Source: Octopus vulgaris (taxonomy: Eukaryota). From it: DNA of 64,000 nucleotides. Position numbers and translations under genes: made by a program. Positions 12,150 through 28,639 of the stretch are shown piece by piece; positions within the stretch are counted from its first letter, which is position 1, and each line of letters opens with the position of its first letter. The notes under the pieces were generated by a model. It had not been told where the DNA came from, searched no databases, and was given only the letters and a program-made list of their open reading frames with translations. The DNA lies in assembly GCA_951406725.2 (NCBI GenBank), contig OX597824.1:62558001-62622000 (forward strand), given 5' to 3'.

Positions 12150-12545
12150 TATATTACTTGTTTCACTCATCAGACAGCAGCCATATTGGGGACACCGTTT
12201 TCAAGGCTAGGGTCGAACAAATGGACCCAGTAACTACTTTTTCTAAGTCTGGTACGGGCACGTAAACAAACAAACAGGCACCGATTGTCAAGTGGTGGTA
12301 GGGTAAATACAAACAATGTCATACACACATTGGTACACATACATGCACACACATACACACACACACATATATTTATATATACACACAAATATATAGTACA
12401 GGCTTCTTTTTGTTTTCCTCTCGCGAATCTACTCTCCAGGCTTCAGTCAGGCCGGACCTACAGTAGACAAGACTTGCCGAAGATGTCCTGCAGTAGGTAT
12501 AATGTTGGAACTTTGTGATTGGGAAGCAAATCTATTACCGCTGAG
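12150..12545 (-). mobile_element. tRNA-derived SINE family B (tRNA head, internal (CA/TA)n, body)
   Basis: Head similar to 25680-25838 and 33495-33640; body similar to 35720-35910. Confidence 0.7.
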
Positions 12546-13671
12546 CTACGTATTATATTTAACTTATGTGTATTTAACAACACCCGTTCAAACACCTAGT
12601 AAGCTGCAGTTCAAACGAAATTAGGGATATTTGCTTTTTCCGGTAATAGTACTAAGAAGAATAAATTATTTTTCTTTCGAAATTATCAGATTTACACCAT
12701 CCGATGATTTCATAATAATTTCAATGAGTAATATCAACAACACGGTCCTCTGTTAATTTTGAAATTACATTATTTTCATCTTTCATGCTGCACCGCTCAT
12801 CGACATTCATGGATATATGAAGTGCAAATTGTATTTACAGCATGAGAAAAGATTGCAAGCTCTGCAGTCGCACCGATTTCTTTTCAGAAAGAACGAATGT
12901 TCAAAGCCGCGATAAACATATTTAGCGATGCTTAAATATGAAAGATAGGGTGTGTGAGAAGAATAACTCCGAGTAACTGCTTGTTATGTATTTATCTACG
13001 CTAAGCGTCTGAAAGGTAAAGGTGACAAGTATAATTTACGAGAATGCATATAATAGATCATAGGCAATCATATGTAATATATTATCTAGAATGTTCTTCA
13101 TTCAGTCACAACTACACAAATCCTATGCTTCAGAGGGAAATTTTATTGAAGCATATTTTATTTCTGTGGTAAACGAAATACTTCCTCACATTAAATACGA
13201 AATTAGCTAGCGTTATATACGTCATTGAATGAAATATTAGCCTCACTGGTAAACGAAACCGTTTCGCTGTGACTGATTGCTACGAGGATAATTGTTTCTC
13301 TAGCAATCGTCACTGAGACACATAATATTTGAACAAAAGGAAACAGTTACATTTCCTAAGAATTTAACGACTATGTAAACGTATACATTTGATGAAAAAT
13401 CCGAGATGAGTAACTTAACGGTGAATGCCGCTTTTGATTGATATATCTCCTGAATTTCATAGATGAATTTTAAATTCTTAACACTATCACATTCCATTTG
13501 ATAAATTGTATAAAAGGCAGCATGTATCTTGTCTAGCGTATATAAGTAGTAAATATCGATAGTTATATATAAATGCATATGTATATAAATAAATGTATAT
13601 TTGTACTGTGCGTGTGCGTATATATATATATATATATATATATAAATATGTATATATATATATAAATATGT

Positions 13672-13706
<35 letters not shown>

Positions 13707-13975
13707 CATATATATGTATATATATATACATATATATGAGCCTCTACTTATTTATACACACACAATCATGCGCGCACGCACACACAGAGACACACACGAA
13801 TACATGTTGTACATGTCAACTATTCTTATGTGAAATCGTCATTTCCTAAAATTTTCAGTTGCTAATATACTGCAATATAAATAATTCGAGAAATATTTAC
13901 GATAAGAGGCGATGCAATATATATATTTGTATATATATATATATGTTTGTATGTATGTACGTATATATATGTATG

Positions 13976-14038
<63 letters not shown>

Positions 14039-14077
14039 TATGTGTTTGTATGTATATATATATGTATGTATGTATGC

Positions 14078-14132
<55 letters not shown>

Positions 14133-14615
14133 CTTGTATATGATTTACGATATTGTTTGTTGGAGAAATGCTCTAGTAAATGCCATCATGATTTTGTATT
14201 CTCCCGAAAGGAAATTGGAAATAAACTGTGATATTCTAAGCCTGTCAAAATATTTATACATACAAGTAATTGTACGAATAGGTTGCTTGGAAATTTACGT
14301 CAGGAAATCAATGTTTACGAACATATTTCGTATTAGTGCTTTAGATGTATTAAAACAGATGTGTAAATGTTCTATTAAGAAAAAATTTGTAAACTTCCGT
14401 GTTTTCTACTTCCTTCTGGAATTTTAAAGAAAACTCATTGTATTCAGTTGTCGGTTATCCTAAGCAAAGTAACAAAGAATCAGCATCAGATTCCTGAGAA
14501 TGACATCGGTTTCAGTAAAGTAATGACAGAATAACAATTATAAATATACACATGCACATACATATATACATAAAAGTTATATGAATCTTTTCTTTCCCTG
14601 CAATGATTATACTTG

Positions 14616-14676
<61 letters not shown>

Positions 14677-14859
14677 CATTTGAGATGTAAATATCGCAGA
14701 AACAACATAGTTAAAGCAAGTGAAACTGAACAGGCTTAATGTTGTGTGACATAAGATTTATTCCTCCGAACTTGAATGAGAAATTCAAAAGTATGTGGAT
14801 TCTATGAACGATTTCACAAATGTCCAATATGTGTAACGACTGAGATACACCAAACGTCA

Positions 14860-16354
14860 AGTCCGTAGTCCAGCTCCACCCAAACATGCTGCTGCACGTC
14901 TTGGGTAACTGTCTCTAGCGCGGTAGTGATTCTTTGCTCAGTGTCATCAAATAAAGTGTCCTGCAAGACCTGTGCCTACTTTTTCAGGATATTTTTCTAC
15001 AGATTCAGAAACATACTGCCACTTTGCCAACACTGATTTTATATCACTCGTAGAGATAGCCTTTTCCGTTACACTGTCCTCCCCCGGGGAACCTATCACT
15101 TCCACCGTATAGTAATGCTAATGCTCATGAAGCTGCAGGAGTTCATCTGTTGTCAGCTGATTTTAGTATTCCTCGACGAGATTGTTTATCCCCCTTCTCA
15201 ACCTCGAGGCTTATGGTCTTGCCAAGAGACACTCGACTACAGGTGTCTCAGACTCAAAACCCATGGAGTCTCTTTCTTACACGCAGTCAGGCCAGTTTCC
15301 TCCATGCAGGATTCAGCGTTCTCCTCGTTACATTCTGCCAGACCATGTCTATGATTTTCAGGCAGTTAACAATGTTGTAATACTCCTTCCAAAATTCACG
15401 AACGATTAGATTTGTATTTTCGGTGTCTACAATGCACCGTCGAAACAGGTGTTTGGTGAACGATTTCCTAAAATTAGAAATCACCTGTTGGCTCATGGGT
15501 CGCAAGATAGGAGTGGTGTTGAGTGAAAGGTACAGAGCTTTTATGAATTATGAATTTAAATTCGGCCAGAATATCATCTTCGAAGTTAAGAAGGTGAGTA
15601 GGAGCATTGTCGAAGATGAGGAGGCCTTCAGAGAAACATTCTCCAGATGGTACTTTTTTCACTGCTGGTCCGAATATAAGGTTGACCCACACGGCGAACA
15701 ATTGCCTGGTGACCAAGGTTTTACTGTGGTTGCCTTCTCCACGTGACCTGCAGCTTCTCCTTCAAGATTTTGTGCGACTAGAACGCTCGTGGGTTTTCGG
15801 AATGGTACACGACGAGCAACTTAATTTTCAAGTTTCCACTCGCATTAGACAGTTAGTCTAGCTTTCAAAATCTTCAGCTCCCTTCTTGTCAGAACTCACT
15901 GCTTCTCCATACCCGCCGATGCTATGAACAACAGTCCGATTCTTGAAATTATCGAACCAGTCACGACTGGCCTTAAATATGCACGCTGATGTCTTCCTTC
16001 AATTCTATCGTAATCAGCTTTTCCTTCTCAGCACTGACCTTTGCACTAACCTTCTTAGGACAAATGGCTAAAACAAGCAATTATTATAACATAATAGCAA
16101 AAACTCCCAAAACTAAAATAACACTGGTAAAGACACAGCAAGGATATTGCGACGAGATAAACACGTGCACTGAGCAAAAGCTGCGCTTGTTGGTAGTGCG
16201 TTTGCGAGCTCAGCGCTGACTAGCGGTCGCTTGTATGAAACTCGCTCGTACTGTGGATTTCCACTCGTACTTTAAGACGAAAAATTTGCACGAGCCTCAG
16301 CTCGTACAGCAAATTACTCGTACAATGTGATACTTGTACGGCGATGTTCTACTG
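14860..16354 (-). pseudogene. Tigger/pogo-like DNA transposon relic
   Basis: Fragments LLIFDNAPTH, PMSQQVISNFRK, VREFWKEYYNIVNCLKIIDMVWQNVTRRTLNPAWRKL, FKASRDWFDNFK; CAGT-type terminus near 16354 with tacgag subterminal repeats. Confidence 0.88.
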
Positions 16355-17086
16355 TGTTTATACATTTTTTCAAGGACTGAAGCTTTCAATTTAGGAGAGA
16401 AAATTTGTAGGTCATTAATGTTTGAAATAAGATGAAACAAAAGGAAATTAAATCTAAAAGTATACAGTTATAAAATTAAAATTAGAGTACAAAATACATT
16501 ATTCTATGTAATGCGAGTATAAATTAATGGATTTTCTTCCAGACTTGCAAGTCTAACTATATGTGTTCTTTAAGACAAGGAATACACAACACAACAATAA
16601 AGCAATAAAATAATAGAACAGAAATCATTTCCAGAATTAAATAGGGAGAGTATAATTTGATAAATATTAATATGAAAAATAATGAGAACTTTGGATATCC
16701 TTAACAAAAAAAAAGGAAAATGGACGTGTGATTAGTCTTATTTTCTGGGCATACGTTTAAAATTATCGTTAAAAGATGCGGCAGGCAAAATGCCATCTAT
16801 AAAATTCATAGTTGGCGTAGGGATACGTTTAAATATATTGAAGCGTTAGGCAGTTTATAGATGGTGGAAGGTTCAATTACCCACTTGCAATCCCCCAGAA
16901 TATACTTAGCAAAATAGGAAGGATCATATCATCAATATCTTCAGATGAGACGGCATTTCGTAATGCCGCGCCGTACGATAATGACGCACTAAGAAACAAA
17001 GGATTCTCGGAGAAGATACAGTATAGCAAAACGAAAATGCCCTTAGTAGAACACGCAGGACTAGAACTAGGAGAGTTTTGTGGTTT

Positions 17087-17295
17087 GAGCTGGCAGAAAC
17101 GTTTGAACGCCGGGCAAAATGCTTAGCAGTATTTCGTCTGCCGCTACGTTCCGAGTTCAAATTCCGCTGAGGTTGACTTTGTCTTTCATCCTTTCGGGGT
17201 CGATAAATTAAGTACCAGTTGCGTACTGGGGTCGATCTAGTCGACTGGCCCCTTCCTCAAAGATTTCGGGCCTTGTGCCTAGAGTAGAAAAGAAT
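17087..17295 (+). mobile_element. SINE family A, well preserved
   Basis: gagctggcagaaacg...gagttcaaattccgc...ctttcatcctttcggggtcgataaattaagtaccag...ggggtcgat...agtagaaaagaat. Confidence 0.9.
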
Positions 17296-19628
17296 ATGAT
17301 CACTTTGCTCTATTAATTTGAATCGACTACACTATTACGCCAAGGGCGTTGTTGTTGGGAGATACGCTTCACCCACATTAAAATGGCTAGGTAGATACAT
17401 GCCATCGCAGGTGTTTAGTGAAACATACACAAGAAATGCTTGATTCTGACAACGAGTTGAAGGAATGTCAAACTCTATACAATTTCTAGATATCTAGATG
17501 AATAGATTGTCTGCCATTGTTCTGAAATAAAGATTTCTACTTTTTCAACATAAGATATCTATTTTTGTTCTAAATACATATTCATCAATTACATGACACG
17601 AACCTTTTTTGTCTGTCTGTCAATCTCTCACACGTTCTCTTTCTCTCCTCTCCCCCTCTCTCGCTCTTTCTATCTGTATATATATATATATATATATATA
17701 TACATAGAGAGAGAGAGAGAGAGAGCGAGGGAGAGAGAGAGAGAGAGACAAAGACAGAGCGGAAGAGAGAGAGAGAGTGAGGGAGAGGGCGAGAGGGGAG
17801 TGACAGAGACAGGTTTTATACTGCATCTAGTCGCTTTCGTTAATATGTATATATGTGTGTGTGTGTGTGTGCGTGTGTGTCTTATGTGTCAGGACCAGCT
17901 GTGCATCTGGGATATATTTACTGCTGAGTATTATCAACGATATTCTACACCAGTGTGTGGTATTGCCCCCACTGGGAGCGGTAGAAAGTTTCAAGGAGGC
18001 GTTGAAGGAAAATGGGAGTGTAATGGGGTAGCGATTCATGTAACAATTGGGGCGAGAATGGGGGAGCGAATCATGTACAACAAAATAATGGATTCATTGG
18101 GTTAAGTTTTATTTGTGAAATACAGTTGATTTGAATTAGCTTCAGAGAGAGGTCTATGTTTGTGACAGTTAGTTCCGGCGGCAGCGCTCGGTGTCAAGGA
18201 GGCAGCAGACCGAAAATGCTTGGCAACCACTGTGCTACACCGTTGGTTCACAAGTCAGGAATATACTCACCATTAACATCATTTTCCATCCGGCAATCTA
18301 ATAGTAATGAAGATAATGTTTGAAATTTATAGTGAACCTTTAAACTATCCTTGTTCAATTTCGAAAAATCAGAGAAGAGGGCATGCAAATTATCCTCAAT
18401 AATAATGTGATACTAACCGATGTTTTTTTTTGTTTCTTTTCTTGTCGCATTCACTTGTTTCTCTTTTTCTTTAAAACTTTCTTAATGTGTCTTTCGTTCT
18501 TACTTTTCCCTTTCTTTCTTATTTTCTTTCCTTCTTTCTTTCTTTATTTCAAATATCATTTTACTTACAATTTGTTTTCATATTAAATCCATTTCGTTTC
18601 TCGATTATATTTGTGTTTATATCTATACAATCTATTCAACAATATTTTCCTGTATGAAATGCCACAAGATTAATAGATTCCCCAAGATATTTTTGCAAGA
18701 CTGAAACCGCAAGTCTTTTCATCACTGACGTACAATTTATTTATTTGTTATCTTGTATACTCTCCTTCATGTTCTATTTCTGTACAACAAATAAGTATTA
18801 GCTGTGTGAGAACAGCAGTTTTTTTTCTTTTTTTTATTTCTTCCTATCGCTACATTTATCATTCTTGATGTGTTTCGATGTATTTATCCATTTCCATGCG
18901 TTTCTGATTATCGTTATGTTTGCCAGTGCAGTCAATTTTATGTCTGCAATGCTATGGTATAATATCCAATACTTCATATATAATTAAACTCTATTAAATA
19001 CACTGGACATAATTATATGACTGTCTTGCAGTATAATGTTTCGATGAACAGGCAATATAAATTTTAACAGTCTTAGCGAAATAATCGTGATTGAGATTTT
19101 ATCCATTCTGACATTTTATACGTGTTTCCTGTCTGTTGTCTTAGGTGTGAATGTAATTGTGATCGGTCGTACACACTTTATTGTTCCTTCCGATCTTGAT
19201 CCAACGAAACATCTACGATGCGACTGCTGCAATGAGAGTGGCCTCATTAGCACTGGGTTTATGATTTTTGTTCTTTCCATACAATTCAGTAGATTAACGT
19301 GAAACAAAGCACACAACCTGCGGCGAGCTACAAGAAACAATCCACCTTCGCAATCTATAGACCAGCCCCAAATCAACCAGCTCTCTATAAAATGTGAATT
19401 CCACTAACGCTTCAGTAATATCTTAATCAAAATGGCTGAAGGTTTTATTTTAGTTTCGTAAATAAGGCGTTTCGATTTAAGAAAGCTATTTAGAATAATG
19501 AATTTATACACAGAATATCAGTGGACAGGGAGAAGTGAATAATCATATATCTTTATACAAATATATCACAAACATACAAACACACAGACAGATTTGGTTT
19601 TTTATTGCATCTAACTGCCTTCGTTATT

Positions 19629-19673
<45 letters not shown>

Positions 19674-19763
19674 AAACATGGCGTTCAATTAAGGAATAAT
19701 ATATAAGTTGCATCAAAAAGGTTAAGATAAACTTACTTCGAAATGGATACGTGGTGTAAAGTA

Positions 19764-22795
<3,032 letters not shown>

Positions 22796-22960
22796 CTTAC
22801 TGTAAATCCTAAATTCTATTTTGGTATTCATGGTAGGGCCGCTTTTTGTGTTATTTGTCCGGTTCTCCATGTTTTGTCTGTCGTTTACGTATTTAACCGA
22901 TTTCTTTTCGTAAGTCATGTTGTTTGCTGTAGGTGGTGTCCTGGACCCATATATGCGTAT

Positions 22961-23013
<53 letters not shown>

Positions 23014-23111
23014 GGAGTAAACACATAAATGTGAAACAAGGTGGAAAAAAAGGGTACTCAAATACCAGTGGTAGAGTAATATGCTTTATTTAAAGCAGCA
23101 GATAATTCAAC

Positions 23112-23159
23112 AAAATCTGTTATTCTGAGTTTCTCGGTGCCGTACATCAGACAGTTTTT
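23112..23159 (-). ncRNA. Minimal type I hammerhead-like motif (degenerate core), left arm
   Basis: Minus strand: aaaaactgt-CTGATGt-acg gcac cga-GAAA-ctcagaa-TA-acagatttt. Confidence 0.65.
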
Positions 23160-23207
23160 GTTAGAATGGAACCGATATATCAATTGATATATCGGTTCCA
23201 TTCTAAC

Positions 23208-23255
23208 AAAAACTGTCTGATTCACGGCAACGAGAAACTCAGAGTAACAGATTTT
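23208..23255 (+). ncRNA. Minimal type I hammerhead-like motif (degenerate core), right arm
   Basis: aaaaactgt-CTGATtc-acg gcaa cga-GAAA-ctc a gag-TA-acagatttt; stem I pairs 8/9; GUA site. Confidence 0.65.
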
Positions 23256-23338
23256 GTTGAATTTACTGCTGCTTTAAATAAAGTATTTATATATATATAT
23301 TGTATATATATATATATATTATATATATATATTATACG

Positions 23339-23402
<64 letters not shown>

Positions 23403-23409
23403 TTATATA

Positions 23410-23440
<31 letters not shown>

Positions 23441-23647
23441 GAATATACAGCAGGGTACAACACCATAAAGTAAACATTCAATCCTCAGTAAATGTAAGTA
23501 AAGTGTGTGGTATGACCTACATTGCTAGAAATAGGAGTAAATACTCCTAGTTCTGCCAGAAATGGTATGAAAACAAAAGAATGAATGGGACCTCAATATT
23601 ATGTAAATAACGGAATTTAGCTGTAATATATGTGACAATTATTCACT

Positions 23648-23720
23648 TGCCATAATAAAACTAGGAGTTTCGGATGCCGGGCCGGAAACCTACTCCGGCA
23701 TCTCGTCAGTTAACAAGGCA
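23648..23720 (-). ncRNA. Type I hammerhead ribozyme with intact core
   Basis: Minus strand: tgccttgttaa-CTGACGA-GATGCCGG-(14 nt)-CCGGCATC-c-GAAA-ct cct ag-TT-ttattatggca; 8-bp stem II; stem I pairs 9/11. Confidence 0.75.
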
Positions 23721-24099
23721 TTCAAAAATGCTATGAAAATGACCGTTAAACAAAGGTAAATTGATATGTGATTGACTGTTATTAAGACAAAAAAGCTATG
23801 AGAATGACCGTTAAATAAAGAAAGCGAAGTGGAGAAAGTAAAAAGTAAAAATGCTCACAGAAATCGCGTATGTGCGCATGTACATAGATATACACGCGCG
23901 CACGCACACCCACGTAATGTGCCTATATGCCTATGCGCACTCACACTCGCGTGAAACACATACATGCACACCAACACATACGCCTATATATGTCACCATA
24001 CATGTACACATATACATATCCGCACACACACGCGTTCATACACATACACATAACTATACGTGCACAATTATATTCAAATACACGTCTAAATACGTACCT

Positions 24100-25420
24100 G
24101 CTATATATGCATATGCTCACTTACCTTCGCTAGATAAAGCCATCGCCTTCGCAAGCGAATTTTACAAAATTAATACAGAAGATATGGACATAATTTTCCA
24201 TGCTAGAAAGACTTTACTCTTCAGTGAGAACGCAGAGTTGGCCAAGACTACCGATGCAGAGGGTGCTTTTCATGTGAGTATGGGGTCATATGATGGAACA
24301 GACATATGCGAACTCATTGGACTATTCCTATTCGATAAGTTGGACAAGACTTTTCCTGACGTATATTTCTCCATTTACAAAGATGATGCCCTAGCTTTAA
24401 ACACAAATAGCAATGGACTAGCACAAGATCGGTTTAGGAAGGACATTATCGAAATGATGAAAATTTTCGGTTTTAGCAACCTGACGGTTGTCAATTTCTT
24501 GGATGTATCCGTAAATATAAATAGGGATATTTAGAAACCTTATAGGAAGCCCAACGATAGACGTAGTTATATTAATTTGGGTTACGGCCATGCCCCCAGT
24601 GTTTAAAAATTTAGTTAAAATCATTAGAAAAGAATTTGTAGCCTTTCCTCCGATAGAGACATTGCCCCAGTATATAATAATGCTCTAAAAGATAATGGAT
24701 TTAGCGAGGAAATAACCTATACACCTATCACTTGTCCAATAATAAATAAAAGGAAACATAGGAATAGGAAAACTATCTGGTTTACACCCCTTACTTCCCC
24801 GAAGTGACCTTTCATATAGGTAAATATTTCTTATCACTTACAGATAGGCATTTCCCAATCAATTATAATTATAGAAATCTCTTCAGCAGGCATAACCTAA
24901 CAATTAGTTTTAGCTCAACTAATAATTTTAAATATATAATCGCACACAACACAAAAACAAGAAAATGAAACCAGCTGTTCATGCAAGAATAAAAATTTGT
25001 GCCCCACTAAATGGAGCTTGCATGCCCGAGATCATCATTTATGGAGTCACCGTAAACACTACGACCACTAAGGACACAGTTTCGTCAAAGAAGTATGCGA
25101 GTCTTACAAAAGGGAATTTTAAGGTCAGGTTCAACAATTACACCTTGAGCATCAGGCACTGGGATAAAAGAAAAACGACAAAATTACCCAGTTATATATG
25201 GTCCTTAAAAGATAAAGTTGTCAGTTACAACATCCATTGGAAGATCTTAGCCAAGTGTAATCCTAACAACAACAGTAGTGAAACGTGCAGTCTTTGTGAT
25301 ATGGAAAGACGGCTCATCTGGAAAAGCAGCTTAGACCCCGCTACATGTCTAAATTCAAGAACTGAACTTTTTGTATCAGGTCCATATATGGCTAAATCTT
25401 TGTTAGGTTTTTGGTCCCCC
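24100..25420 (+). pseudogene. Naiad-type PLE RT + GIY-YIG relic
   Basis: MGSYDGTDICELIGLFL, SIYKDDAL, VNFLDV, PYRKP, CSC...CP-LNGAC, FKVRFNNY, YIWSLK, IHWKIL, CSLCDME; frameshifted. Confidence 0.85.
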
Positions 25421-25679
25421 CAAGATAGAACCTGCTTTTTATATTGTGTCCACGTACATGAATTTTATCTTTCTATATTTTTAAATATATTTTTACATAT
25501 TTTTATATATTTATATATTTATATATTTTTATCTTTCGTTACTTTTCCTAAAAAAGCCTTTACTTTTTTTTATTTACAATGTGCATTTTTGTTGATTTTC
25601 TTACTTTTCCCTTACATTACCCTGTGCAGTTTCTATTTTCTTTTTGTAACATATTTCTATTATATATATATATATATAC

Positions 25680-25838
25680 GAGGGGTTCCTTTCAGCTCCC
25701 GTCAACCAAATCCACTCACAAGGCTTTCGCCGACCAGAAGCTAAAGCAGAAGGCACCTACTCAAGTCCCGCGCAGTGAGACTGAAGCCAGAACCATCTGG
25801 TTGGTACGCAAGCTACTTACCACACAGCCACTCATGCC
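25680..25838 (-). mobile_element. SINE family B, tRNA-like head
   Basis: ccaaatccactcacaaggcttt...gcagtgagactgaagccagaaccat...caagctacttaccacacagccac. Confidence 0.8.
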
Positions 25839-25899
25839 ATTATATGTGTGTGTGTGTATTATATCTATCAATCCATCTCTATCTCTCTCTCATTCTCTG

Positions 25900-25970
<71 letters not shown>

Positions 25971-26619
25971 CTTTGTGTATGTACGTGTGTGCATATGCGT
26001 GTGTGTGCGTGCGCGCGTGTTTAATCTATACATGAATGTACATTTAATGCTTGCTGCAATAAATGGTGAATTGCATTGAAATAAACTGACTTTATGGAGG
26101 TAATAAATTTCTTAAGCAAAATGAACGCGTAAGAAATTTGATCAGGTTTAAGAAAGTAATAAAATATTGCCAAAAAAAAGCCATAAATAAGTAGTGGTAT
26201 TATGTAGTTTTCTTTATTCCATTGTGTATTTGATATTTTCTATGAAGTTCTTATATCTAAAGTCACGGCTTTTCTAGTAAGTTAATATTTCTTCTGTAAT
26301 TACTGAAGTTGAGTTATAAATTAGTCTTTTCATTCCAATGTCGCTGATACGTTTGCAGTTGTGATATATAAAGTAATTAACCTACGGTATATATGTTAGA
26401 GCTATCTGTCTGCGGCAAGACGCTCTTGACAACATCTCATTTTCTCTTTACAGTGACACTCGCAGTTTGAGATTGTTAAATGTCCACCAGCCAATACAGC
26501 CGGCTCGCACGCACACATATCCCTCACCACACACATACCTATCCACCACTAACCACCTACACACTCACACACACTGCACCAAACGCACATACAAGCACAC
26601 ACATACGCATACATGTATA

Positions 26620-27270
26620 TATTTATTTCTTTAATGCCCCCACAAGGATATAAACATAGAGGGGACAAACGAAGACAGACAAAGGGATTAAGTTGATTAC
26701 ATCGACCACAGTGCTTAACTGGTACTTATTTAATCGACCCCGAAAGTATGAAAGGCAAAGTCGACCCCGGCGGAATTTGAACTTAGAACTTAACGGCAGA
26801 CGAAGTACCTATTTATTTACTACCCACAAGGGGCTAAACACAGAGAGGACAACCAAGGACAGACAAACGGATTAAGTCGATTATATCGACTCCAGTGCGT
26901 AACTGGTACTTATTTAATCGACTTCGAAAGGATGAAAAGCAAAGTCGACCTCGGCGGAATTTGGACTTAGAACGTAACGGCAGAGGAAATACGGCTACGC
27001 ATTTCGCCCGGCGTGCTAATAATTCTGCCAGTTCGCCGTCCTGCATATATGTATATATATATATATTTTAATGCCCACGAGGGGCTAAGCATAGAGGGGA
27101 TAAACAAGTACAGACAAAGGGATTAACTTTGTGCGTAACTGGTACTTAATTTATTGACCCCGAAACGGTGAAAGGCAAAGTCACCTCGGCGGAATTTGAA
27201 CTCAGAACGTAGCAGCAAACGAAATCCCACTAAACCTTTCGCCCGGCGTGATAATGATTCTGCTAGCTCT
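26620..27270 (-). mobile_element. Three tandem SINE family A copies with GGACA-rich 3' tail
   Basis: Three repeats of agaggggacaaac...actggtacttatttaatcgacc...aaaggcaaagtcgacctcggcggaatttgaact. Confidence 0.88.
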
Positions 27271-27429
27271 ACATATATCTATGTGAGAGCAATGGAAGCA
27301 AAATGTAAGAAGACGGCACGCTAGTGAGACGGACACATTTAACGAATGTATTTTTAACACTTAAAAGAAAACAATTGGTGTGCGTGCGTCCGTGTGTGTG
27401 TTTCTGTGTTTATGTATGTGTGCGTGCGA

Positions 27430-28150
27430 ATTGAGTCATCCCATAAATAATGCGGATTTTTCAATTGCATGAACTAAAAGTCAGAGGGGGACGAGAAAAA
27501 CTACTTGAATCAATGACCTGTAAAAGCACGTAGTAATTTTACCTTCTTATTCTTACTGCAAGTTTTAAAGGTGCTGTTCGATTTAACAGTTATATTTTCA
27601 AAGCTATTATAATGGAAATGACAAATGACCATATTCGGATTATTTTGTTTCTTGAATTCACTAAAGGCCACAATGCAACGGAAAGTGTGAGGAAAATTAG
27701 TGCAGTATATGAGGATCGGACAATAAATGTGAGATCCGGGAAGATCTATACAGCTGGACGGGGACATCCTGCAAACCCTGGAAGAACAAAGTCTCATCGA
27801 AACTATTGCGCAAGTGGCAGACAAACTTGGATTTGGTAATTCAACCATTCATCGACACCTGCATGAAATCGGAAAAGTCACCAAATTGGGTAAATGGCTT
27901 CCTCACAAACTTTCCGAGTCCAATGCTCGGCCACATACAGCGAGGATGACATTCCAAAAGCTGGAACAGTTTAAATGTCTCACCCAACATATTTGCCGGA
28001 CATTGATTATCTGATTATCATTTATTCTGAAGTCTGCAAAATCATTTGAACGGATAAAATATGAATTATGTAGACGAGTTCAGAACGGTATTGGAGGAGT
28101 ATTTTTCGTCACAGACAAGTGAATTTTGAAGAGGGTCATTGCATGTCTAT
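27430..28150 (+). pseudogene. Internally deleted mariner-like transposon
   Basis: HIRIILFLEFTKGHNATESVRKI (HTH1), STIHRHLHEIGKVTKLGKWLPHKL (HTH2 and WVPHEL linker), fused directly to NARPH; DYHLF-like remnant; left TIR-like start near 27430. Confidence 0.88.
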
Positions 28151-28199
28151 AAACTTAGAACATCAGTGCAGTTTTGCTTCCCAATCTCTCATTCTTTAG

Positions 28200-28345
28200 A
28201 ACTGCTGTCGCAACAGGTATTGTATTAGAGTCACCAAGAGTAATTAGCTTGTCTTTGTTGGTAACGTTGTTGATGACATCATTTAATTCTTCATAAAACT
28301 TATAATTGAACTCATTGGTATTGCTTATGTTGAGGGCATCAGCTC
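28200..28345 (-). pseudogene. APE endonuclease fragment of an RTE/CR1-like LINE
   Basis: KFYEELNDVINNVTNKDKLITLGDSN resembles the FYxxL...IILGDFN motif. Confidence 0.65.
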
Positions 28346-28639
28346 CGCCTGTGGTGAAAAGCAGATGCCTCATCATCGAAAGAGGATCATTTAATTCTTA
28401 TGTGAGGTGTAGCAGTTTGAGCTCACCCGCAAACAAGGTTTGCACTAAAACAAAACAACTCCAGACTCGCATTTCTCTCCATTATGTAACCCTCTTGGAA
28501 CTTGTAGCCAGTACCATTTTCACAGTGTTAGCCCTCACCTACTGGCTTGAGATGATTTATGACAGAATTGCCGATGTTGTACTTTGCAACTTTAATTCTA
28601 ATAACTTCTGTCCGACTTCAATTTCCACCTCACTTACCA

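Larger units (their letters stand above)
23081..23286. repeat. 206-bp spacerless palindrome (103-bp arms) derived from a PLE pLTR
   Basis: Centre CAA|TTG at 23183/23184; inner 38 bp perfect; 7 mismatches by manual count. Confidence 0.95.

Noticed and set aside
12150-12180. Minus-strand CTGATGA-gt-GAAAC-aa-GTA hammerhead core match
   Set aside because: Only 2 nt for stem II and no stem I pairing; lies in a SINE tail.
13559-14130. YIYI/CVCV-type ORFs here and at about 34500-35000 and 58470-58810
   Set aside because: Translations of (TA)n, (CA)n and (TATC)n microsatellites.
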